From the NCBI GenBank assembly GCA_963931495.1, contig OZ007020.1, positions 180,001 to 212,000 of the forward strand: a stretch of DNA of 32,000 nt, given 5' to 3'. Positions 25,620 to 32,000 of the stretch are shown piece by piece. The position numbers were made by a program, and so were the translations under genes. The stretch is from an uncultured Alphaproteobacteria bacterium (GTDB taxonomy: Bacteria > Pseudomonadota > Alphaproteobacteria > Rs-D84). Under the pieces are notes generated by a model that ran no database searches, was not told where the DNA came from, and saw only the letters and a list, made by a program, of their open reading frames with translations. The number at the start of each line of letters is the position of its first letter. Within the stretch, counting starts at the first letter, position 1.

Positions 25620-28034
25620 ATGAATGGATTTTTTGAACATTTTGCTGGTACAGGTTTTCCAATAACGTCCATGATATTGGTTATGGCGGTGGTATTTGTG
25701 TTTATTATACTGATGATGTATGTACCATTGCTGACCAAAAAGATATTTCCAAAGTTTGGGTATGTTCGGTATGCACAATATTTGCCATTTAACACGGTTT
25801 ATACCGATAATTCATTGACATTAACAGATGGCAGTGTTTTGCGTGTGTATCGTGTGTCGGGCGTGCAAACAAGTATGCAAGATGGTGCAACACGTGAAAA
25901 ATTCTTGGATTTGCGGGCGCAATTATTTAATCAAATTCGTGATCCAAATGTTGTTCTGCGTTTTTACATGGTGCGTGACGCGGTTGATGAAAACACGAAT
26001 TATGAATTTGACCAGCCGGTGTTACAAAAAATTTATAACAAGTGGAAGTCCCAAGGGTTGCAGATATTTTCAAATAATTATTATATTGTGTTATCGGTTG
26101 GTGGGACAAATGCGCGTGAAAAATTAAATCAATATGGAAATTACTTGGAATCTATATTAGCGGCGTACCGGCCGGTTGTTTTGAAAAATGATTCCCCAGA
26201 TAATATGGCGCGGTTCTTTGGACGGATTTTATCACCAATTACAAAGCCCACACCAATTGTTTGTGACCAGCGTATCGGTGATGTGGCAACGGTTGATGAT
26301 GTTCAGTTCTTGGACAATGGGTTGGTGCGGTATGTTGGGGCCGGGCGCCAGTCTTTTGCCGCGATGGTGTCGTTCAAAATGTCACCTGATTATTTGGACG
26401 AAGAATTCTTTAACGCGATTTCAACCATACAAACAGAAATGATTTGTATGAATGGGTTCAGTATCATGGGGGCCGCAGATATTGAAAGTGTGTTACGTCA
26501 ACGTCGGGCAACAGCCGAAAAAAACGAAACATCTACGGAAGAGCAAATTAATGCGGCGCAATCGGCAATGGATGAAAATATATCCGGGAACCAGACATTG
26601 GTTGGGTATTATCCGTTGTTTGTTATTTTTGGCGCAACGACCAGTGCGCTGGAAAAATATATTGATGATTTCAAAAAAATTGCGGCATCGTATGGTGTGT
26701 CGCCAATTGTTGAAACGTTTGCATCAAAAGTTTCTTGGTTTGCGCAAATACCTGGATTTGATACATTCCCACGCAGTTTCAAAATGTTGTCGCGCACCGC
26801 GGCAATCAGTGTCCCGATGTCCAGTACCCCACGCGGGGTTGCAAATTCTGATTGGGGTCCGGGTCCGTTGGTTATATTCCCAACCGCCCAGGGTACACCG
26901 TATCAGTTCCAATTTCATGTTTCTGATAAGCCAGCGGCGGTTGCGCATACGTTAACAATCGGGCCAACGGGTGGCGGAAAAACAACATTGTTCAGTTTCT
27001 TGATTGCACAATCTTTGCGGCATCCGAAATTAAAGGCGTTTTTCTTTGACCGTAACAAAGGGGCAGAAATCTTTACATTGGCGGTTGGTGGAAAATACGT
27101 CACAATGCAAGGGAAAGACAAAGATAAATCAAATAATTCTTTTGCAACACATTTGAATCCATTAAAAATGCCGGACAGTGTGGATAATCGTGCATTTTTG
27201 CGTCGTTGGTTCGCCATGATATCGGGGCAAACTGATGCAAATTCATCGGATGAAATTGCACGGGCGGTGTCTGTGAATTTTGATTATTTGTCTGAAAAAG
27301 ACAGAATGTTGAAAAATTTATGGGAGAGTTGTTTTTCATCATCTGGGAATATGCGGGCGGCATTAAAAAAGTGGGTTGACCCATTGCAATATGGCGATAT
27401 CTTTAATGAAGATTCAGATACGTTGGATTTGAATGCGCGATTAACAACGTTTGATTTTACAGATATTTTACAAGATGAAACATTGGCGCCGGCGGTGATT
27501 TCATATATTCTGCACAGAATCAATAATATAACTGTATCAGGTGGTAATCCATCGTTGATTATGATTGATGAAACAGCCCCAATGTTAGAAAACAAGATGT
27601 TCCGCGATAATTTTATCGCCGGTCTGCAAGAAGGACGCAAAAATCGCCAGGCATATATGGTCGCATTCCAGCGCGCCAATGTGTTAGATAAATTAGGTAT
27701 TGGCGATGTTGTGCGTGGCCAAGCGCAAACAGTACTGTTTTTCCGCAATCCGGCGGCGGATGCGTCTGATTATCAATATTGGAATTTGAATCCATTGGAA
27801 ATGGCGTTTATCCAGGGCAAGGCGTATCCAGAACTGAAACGGGCGGTTTTATTGTCGCGGCCGGTTACAGGGGAATCTGTGATATTAAATACCGAACTGG
27901 GGGGATTAGGGAATTTATTAAGATTATTTGAATCAGGGCGTTCGTCTGTATTATTGGCCGAAGAATTATATCGTCAATATGGTAATAATTTTGTCGCAGA
28001 ATATCTGAAAAAACAGGGCGCAGGTGATTTATAA
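25620..28034 (+). CDS. virB4: type IV secretion system ATPase VirB4
   Basis: It is 804 aa. Walker A is GPTGGGKTT and the Walker B region is PSLIMIDETAPML. The N-terminal VirB4 pattern LPFNTVYTDNSLTLTDGSVLRVYRVSGV is preceded by a hydrophobic segment of about 45 aa. Confidence 0.95.
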   Translation: MNGFFEHFAGTGFPITSMILVMAVVFVFIILMMYVPLLTKKIFPKFGYVRYAQYLPFNTVYTDNSLTLTDGSVLRVYRVSGVQTSMQDGATREKFLDLRAQLFNQIRDPNVVLRFYMVRDAVDENTNYEFDQPVLQKIYNKWKSQGLQIFSNNYYIVLSVGGTNAREKLNQYGNYLESILAAYRPVVLKNDSPDNMARFFGRILSPITKPTPIVCDQRIGDVATVDDVQFLDNGLVRYVGAGRQSFAAMVSFKMSPDYLDEEFFNAISTIQTEMICMNGFSIMGAADIESVLRQRRATAEKNETSTEEQINAAQSAMDENISGNQTLVGYYPLFVIFGATTSALEKYIDDFKKIAASYGVSPIVETFASKVSWFAQIPGFDTFPRSFKMLSRTAAISVPMSSTPRGVANSDWGPGPLVIFPTAQGTPYQFQFHVSDKPAAVAHTLTIGPTGGGKTTLFSFLIAQSLRHPKLKAFFFDRNKGAEIFTLAVGGKYVTMQGKDKDKSNNSFATHLNPLKMPDSVDNRAFLRRWFAMISGQTDANSSDEIARAVSVNFDYLSEKDRMLKNLWESCFSSSGNMRAALKKWVDPLQYGDIFNEDSDTLDLNARLTTFDFTDILQDETLAPAVISYILHRINNITVSGGNPSLIMIDETAPMLENKMFRDNFIAGLQEGRKNRQAYMVAFQRANVLDKLGIGDVVRGQAQTVLFFRNPAADASDYQYWNLNPLEMAFIQGKAYPELKRAVLLSRPVTGESVILNTELGGLGNLLRLFESGRSSVLLAEELYRQYGNNFVAEYLKKQGAGDL

Positions 28035-28037
28035 TTA

Positions 28038-28655
28038 ATGTCGTGGAAGTATATAGTTTGTTGTTTATTTTCTGTTATTCCGTTGTCTGTGATTGCAGAT
28101 GACTGTTTGCCGTATAAAACAACTCCACGGATTGAACTGGAAACCCCGACATGGACAAAACAAGTTGTTCAACCGTTAAAAGAAATGGACTTGTTTCACG
28201 GAAACGTTATTGCCACGATGGTTGATAATTATGATATCGTTGCCGACATTACAAATATAGAGGATGGTTTTTGCGTCGCATTAAAATCTGTGTACGCAAC
28301 CGCCGGATACAGCGATTTTCTGGTGCAAATTGATATTCGTAATAAACCTGATTCTTGTTCGTATAATGCGGTTCTGGCACATGAAGATGAACATATTCGC
28401 GCGTATTTGTCTGTGATGGATGATTATAAAAAAGAATTTATGGATGCGTTATATAGTGCTGCTGATTCAATCACACCGATTTTTGTATATAATGAATCCG
28501 ATATAGATGATGCGATAAATGAATTAAATGCTGAATTACAGGCACATCCAGATTTAATCTTGGTTAAACAAAAGATAAAGGCCGCTGAAGAAATTCGTAA
28601 CAAACGTGTTGATCAACATGATACTGGTCAATCGTTGCAGAAATGTTTTGAATAA
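28038..28655 (+). CDS. secreted HExxH-motif protein (205 aa), possibly DUF922-like Zn-peptidase fold; function unknown
   Basis: The ATG lies 3 nt after the virB4 stop. The signal peptide is MSWKYIVCCLFSVIPLSVIA/DD. HEDEH occupies residues 115-119 (nt 28380-28394). The C-terminal third is helical and acidic. The family assignment is from memory of the DUF922 layout, not from a search. Confidence 0.6.
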   Translation: MSWKYIVCCLFSVIPLSVIADDCLPYKTTPRIELETPTWTKQVVQPLKEMDLFHGNVIATMVDNYDIVADITNIEDGFCVALKSVYATAGYSDFLVQIDIRNKPDSCSYNAVLAHEDEHIRAYLSVMDDYKKEFMDALYSAADSITPIFVYNESDIDDAINELNAELQAHPDLILVKQKIKAAEEIRNKRVDQHDTGQSLQKCFE

Positions 28656-28674
28656 TGTTATTTTGTGAAAAATG

Positions 28675-30288
28675 TTATTCTTTTGTATTTGTTCTGTAAT
28701 AATATTCCAATAATTCATGTGAATATTCTTCTATTTTTCCAGTGGGTAATATCAACATTCTGGTAATTCCGATTTGTTCAACAAATTCTGGATTATGACT
28801 GACAACAATTATTGTGCCATTATAATCATGAAAGTTATCCCCAATTATCATTTGTGTTTCTGGGTCCAGGTGGTTTGTCGGTTCGTCTAGTATCAACATG
28901 TTTGCGCGCTTTAATAACATTTTACACAGCGCAACACGTGCTTTTTCACCCGGCGATAATACAGATACCTGTTTGAATACATCCATATCAAAAAATAAAA
29001 AGTTTGCCAATACTGTGCGTAATTGTTGGTCCGTGTAATCAGGGGTTGTCACGTTTTCCAATACAGTTTTATTTTCGTCCAACAATTCCAGTTCTTGGGC
29101 ATAATATGCAATATCTGTTTTTGGGTTTATTGTTATTGTGCCGCGTTCTGGTTGCAATTGACCCAATATCAATTTTAATAATGTTGATTTACCAGCGCCG
29201 TTTTCACCAACAATCAAAAATCTTTCACCACCAGTTATATAAAAAGATAAATTTCTGTACAGTAATTTTGCGCCAGGGTATCTGAACCACAAATCTTCAA
29301 CAAAAATTGGATGGCGTGAACCGGCGGTCAATGGGGTTAAGTTTATATTTATCTTTTTATATGTTTCAGCGCGAATTGTTCGGCCAGATAAAATTTTTTC
29401 CAGTTGTTTTTCACGTGTGTGACCGATACGTTTTATACTGTGATTGGTTGGACTGGCGGCGCGCGCTTTTTCTATGAATTTCGTCAAGTGTGCAATTTGT
29501 CTTTCTTCGGATTTAATTTGCTGTTCGCGGCGATGTTTATTTTCCGCAATTTTGCTTTTATAATCATCATAATTACCACTGAATACAGTTGTTTTATGTG
29601 ATACTTTATCAACCAATAATATCTTGGTCACAATTTTGTTCAAGAATTCTGTATCATGACTGATGATTAAAACTGTGCCTTTGTATTTTTTCAGATATTC
29701 ACAAATCCAATCTTTGGTATTTATATCCAGATGATTGGTTGGTTCGTCCAATAATAAAATCCCAGGCCCAGAATACAACAGACGTGCAAATGCAACCTTG
29801 GATTTTTGACCGCCAGATAAATTATGTAATTTCATGTCCAGCATGGTGGAATCTATTTGCATATTTTCAATAATTTTCAGTAATTCGTCTTCGGCGTGAT
29901 AATAATTATAATGTTCCAATTGTTCTTGGGTTTCTGATATCTGGTTCATTATGTTTTGGTCATCTGGATTGTCTGCGATTTGTTCGTACAGTTTTTTCAG
30001 TTTGTTTTCTAAATCTGCAATTGGGCGGCCCGTGATTAAAAAATCCCAAACTGTGATATCACTGTTGGGTAATTCCAGTTGCTGGGGCAGGTATGCAATG
30101 TTTGAATTATTTGTGTCTATATACCCGGCGTCTGGTTTAATTTGACCAAGTATTATTTTGAATAATGTTGTTTTTCCGGCGCCGTTTACGCCAACAATAC
30201 CAACCTTGTCATGCGGCAACAGGCTGAATTCAGCATTATCGTAAATGACGTTTGACCCAAATGATAAAGATAAATTTATTGCTTTCAT
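28675..30288 (-). CDS. ABC-F family ATPase (two ABC domains, no TM domain)
   Basis: Two Walker A sites (GVNGAGKTT, GENGAGKST), signatures LSGGQ and LSPGE, two LLLDEPTNHLD/LILDEPTNHLD Walker B sites and a charged interdomain linker are present. The start is taken at MKAINLSL (ATG 30288); the TTG at 30324 is rejected. By eye it is AT-richer than the core genes. Confidence 0.9.
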   Translation of the reverse strand: MKAINLSLSFGSNVIYDNAEFSLLPHDKVGIVGVNGAGKTTLFKIILGQIKPDAGYIDTNNSNIAYLPQQLELPNSDITVWDFLITGRPIADLENKLKKLYEQIADNPDDQNIMNQISETQEQLEHYNYYHAEDELLKIIENMQIDSTMLDMKLHNLSGGQKSKVAFARLLYSGPGILLLDEPTNHLDINTKDWICEYLKKYKGTVLIISHDTEFLNKIVTKILLVDKVSHKTTVFSGNYDDYKSKIAENKHRREQQIKSEERQIAHLTKFIEKARAASPTNHSIKRIGHTREKQLEKILSGRTIRAETYKKININLTPLTAGSRHPIFVEDLWFRYPGAKLLYRNLSFYITGGERFLIVGENGAGKSTLLKLILGQLQPERGTITINPKTDIAYYAQELELLDENKTVLENVTTPDYTDQQLRTVLANFLFFDMDVFKQVSVLSPGEKARVALCKMLLKRANMLILDEPTNHLDPETQMIIGDNFHDYNGTIIVVSHNPEFVEQIGITRMLILPTGKIEEYSHELLEYYYRTNTKE

Positions 30289-30334
30289 ATTCTGGATATA
30301 TTGTATAATAATATTGACAATCAAAGGGGAAACA

Positions 30335-30682
30335 ATGAAAAAATTATTATTTGTCTGTTTTGGATTAATTTTGGCGGCGTGTGGGAAAAACGCTGATATT
30401 GAAGGTAAATGGGTTGAACCAATACCAAATATGCCCGGAATGAAACAAGGATTCAGTCTAGAGCAGGGTGGTGTCGCAGAATCTATTAATATGGCAACGT
30501 TACAGTATGATACATGGCAGGTTGATGGAAATATTCTGATTTTATCTGGGAAAAGTATTGGAAATCACCAAGTGATTGATTTTACCGAAGAATATGAAAT
30601 TGCCAGCGTTGATGACGATACGTTGATATTAAAGAATGCTGGTGTGGTTCGTGAATTTACACGATGCACAGATTGCGAATAA
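30335..30682 (+). CDS. small lipoprotein, lipocalin-like domain (115 aa)
   Basis: ATG 30335 follows AAAGGGGA. The signal peptide and lipobox read MKKLLFVCFGLILAAC. GKWVEPIP..QGFSLEQGGVAESINMATLQYDTWQVDGNILIL resembles lipocalin-like lipoproteins; this is pattern recollection only. Confidence 0.6.
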   Translation: MKKLLFVCFGLILAACGKNADIEGKWVEPIPNMPGMKQGFSLEQGGVAESINMATLQYDTWQVDGNILILSGKSIGNHQVIDFTEEYEIASVDDDTLILKNAGVVREFTRCTDCE

Positions 30683-30728
30683 ATAATCATTTGGGCTGCA
30701 TCCGGGGTATTACATCAGAACAATAAAA

Positions 30729-30754
30729 CGCCCAGTGGGGCGCTTTATCATTTT
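30729..30754 (-). terminator. hairpin terminator directly downstream of the tRNA-Met fragment (also usable for the + strand lipoprotein gene)
   Basis: The hairpin is CGCCC-AGTG-GGGCG (30729-30742). On the minus strand it is followed by TTTTATTGTT, and on the plus strand by CTTTATCATTTT. Confidence 0.55.
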
Positions 30755-30757
30755 AAC

Positions 30758-30805
30758 TGGTTGCGGAGTGTGGATTTGAACCACAGACCTTCAGGTTATG
30801 AGCCT
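30758..30805 (-). pseudogene. 3' fragment (anticodon loop to CCA) of an initiator-type tRNA-Met(CAU); putative att-site remnant
   Basis: The minus strand reads AGGCTCATAACCTGAAGGTCTGTGGTTCAAATCCACACTCCGCAACCA. This matches bacterial tRNA-fMet from the anticodon arm onward (…GGCTCATAACC.GAAGGTC…GGTTCAAATCC…CCGCAACCA). The sequence where the 5' half should be (30806-30840) is AT-only and cannot pair with the acceptor 3' strand. Confidence 0.8.
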
Positions 30806-32000
30806 AAAATTTATATAATTTATATTAGTTTATAAAAATGATTAAAAGCTTGTGTTTCTGGGTTTTTTGTGTAAGTATATTGTTTATGAATATGTTTGTA
30901 ATTTTATAGCTATTTATATAAAATTCGGCAATGAATCGGCAATAAGATAATAAAGAGGTTTTTTATGGATAGTAAGGTAAAAATACCGACAGGAATGTTT
31001 GTTTTCAATGTAAAGAATGGCACACGTACTATAAATGCACCATTTTTTAATAATAATATGTGGTTTACTCAGAAACAGATTGCAGAAATTTTTGAAACAG
31101 ATGTGTCTGGTGTTAGTCGCCATATTTCTAATATTTTGGCAGAGGGTGAAATAGATGAAAATAAGGCATTTGCAAAATTTGCAAAAAGCGAGAAATCCGA
31201 ATCTTACCCGATAAATCCAGAACCTGTTCATTATAGTTTGGATGTAGTCATTTCTGTTGGTTATCGTGTTAATTCGAAGAAGGCAACGGAGTTTCGTATT
31301 TGGGCGACAAAGGTGCTTAATGATTATATTCAAAAAGGTTTTGCCTTAGATGACGAACGTTTTAAACAAGGATATCAGACCGATAAACAATACTTTAAAG
31401 AATTGCGCGAGAGAATTAAGGAAATTCGTGCAAGTGAACGTATGTTATATCAACAAATTAAAGATATTTATGCTTTGTCGGCAGATTATGATAATAACCG
31501 TCAACAGACAATGTTGTTTTTTGCAAAGGTTCAAAATAAACTTTTGTTTGCGATATCTGGAAAGACAGGTCCAGAAATTATTCATAGTAGAGTCGATTCA
31601 AATAAAGAAAATATAGGGCTTACATCATTTAAAAATTCTCCGGATGGACGCGTGACAAAACAGGATGTAGAGATTGCTAAAAACTATTTACAAGAACCTG
31701 AAATGAAAGAATTAAGATATATTGTAAACCTATTTCTTGATTATGCAGAACATAAGGCTGAATCAGAAGAGAAAATATTTATGAAGGATTGGGAGGTATT
31801 ATTAGACGATTTCCTAGCGTTTAATAAAAAAGAAATTTTACCGAAAGCCGGTTCGATTTCTTTAGAAAAGGCTTTAGAAAAAGCCCATAACGAATATTTT
31901 AAATATCGCGAAAATCTAAAATTGGTCGAAAAGAAAAATTCAGAGATAGAATATAAAGAAGATATCAAAGAGCTTGAAAAAATTTTAAAAACAACAGAAT
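30806..32000. mobile_element. terminal part of a putative tRNA-Met-targeted genomic island (continues beyond the window)
   Basis: Composition drops abruptly to very AT-rich sequence exactly at the truncated tRNA. The first gene is a RhuM-family island-type gene. No integrase lies within the window; one would be expected at the far end next to an intact tRNA. Confidence 0.55.
30965..32000 (+). CDS. rhuM: RhuM-family protein (Virulence_RhuM), 3' end outside the window; absent from the ORF track
   Basis: Hand translation from ATG 30965 (after AAAGAGG) stays open through 31999, giving 345 codons. MWFTQKQIAEIF..VSRHISNIL.EGEIDEN, HYSLDVVISVGYRVNSKKATEFRIWATKVLNDYIQKGFALDDERFK, IKEIRASERMLYQQIKDIYA, FFAKVQNKLLFAISGKTGPEII, TSFKNSPDGRVTKQDVEIAKNYL and LFLDYAE are all typical RhuM blocks. 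Confidence 0.85.
   Translation, partial: MDSKVKIPTGMFVFNVKNGTRTINAPFFNNNMWFTQKQIAEIFETDVSGVSRHISNILAEGEIDENKAFAKFAKSEKSESYPINPEPVHYSLDVVISVGYRVNSKKATEFRIWATKVLNDYIQKGFALDDERFKQGYQTDKQYFKELRERIKEIRASERMLYQQIKDIYALSADYDNNRQQTMLFFAKVQNKLLFAISGKTGPEIIHSRVDSNKENIGLTSFKNSPDGRVTKQDVEIAKNYLQEPEMKELRYIVNLFLDYAEHKAESEEKIFMKDWEVLLDDFLAFNKKEILPKAGSISLEKALEKAHNEYFKYRENLKLVEKKNSEIEYKEDIKELEKILKTTE

Noticed and set aside
25367-25795. A 142-aa minus-strand ORF across the virB3/virB4 junction. Internal virB4 ORFs lie at 25828-26127, 26188-26442, 26452-26955, 26915-27217 and 27284-27748.
   Set aside because: All are out of frame or antisense within virB3/virB4, which have clear Walker motifs and family blocks.
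28654-28678. AATGTTATT is duplicated 16 nt apart between the HExxH gene and the ABC-F gene.
   Set aside because: It is a short AT-rich 9-mer with no dyad symmetry or T-run and is likely chance. It is not called a terminator.
30914-31333. A 139-aa minus-strand ORF at the start of the AT-rich island.
   Set aside because: It is antisense to the RhuM-family gene, whose plus-strand translation shows many conserved blocks. The minus-strand peptide is low-complexity.
31350-31616. An 88-aa plus-strand ORF, together with the 75-aa minus-strand ORF at 31741-31968.
   Set aside because: Both overlap the RhuM reading frame, one out of frame and one antisense. The RhuM frame explains the region.
1-32000. 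A search for CRISPR arrays, rRNA genes, IS elements or transposases, and integrases.
   Set aside because: No regularly spaced repeat array was found. No rRNA-like sequence was found. No DDE or tyrosine-recombinase motifs were recognised in any long ORF. The islets are therefore not called active mobile elements.

Overview
The window reads as a chromosomal segment from a compact, moderately AT-rich alphaproteobacterium, probably an intracellular Rickettsiales/Holosporales-like lineage. That assignment is an inference from the eukaryote-like type-2 IleRS, a Cys-less alphaproteobacterial-type L36, a virB3-virB4 pair, and many 1-4 nt gene junctions. Most of the window is housekeeping: metG (3' end), queH, fabD-fabG-mnmG, tRNA-Thr(CGU), ileS, nth, pheST, rplT-rpmI, mreC-mreD-mrdA-rodA-topA-dnaG, ychF and rpmJ. 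The non-core content is: (1) a two-ORF insertion behind metG with a decayed second copy of the metG 3' end; (2) a roughly 1 kb AT-rich islet with two small envelope-protein genes, bounded by perfect 25-bp direct repeats that include the mnmG stop codon; (3) a short orphan SufD-like protein; (4) a virB3-virB4 type IV secretion operon preceded by a repeat-dense regulatory region and followed by a translationally coupled secreted HExxH protein instead of virB5/virB6; (5) an AT-rich ABC-F ATPase gene and a lipocalin-like lipoprotein gene; (6) a 3' fragment of initiator-type tRNA-Met that marks the edge of an AT-rich island whose first gene is RhuM-family and runs off the window end. Two real genes are absent from the supplied ORF track: rpmJ (44 codons) and the RhuM gene (no stop within the window). 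I saw no CRISPR array, rRNA, transposase or integrase. I also see no complete, clearly novel multi-gene system. The best leads are the T4SS-coupled HExxH protein with its repeat-rich control region, and the three separate insertions that each duplicate the 3' end of a gene. All family calls come from reading motifs by eye; no searches were run.
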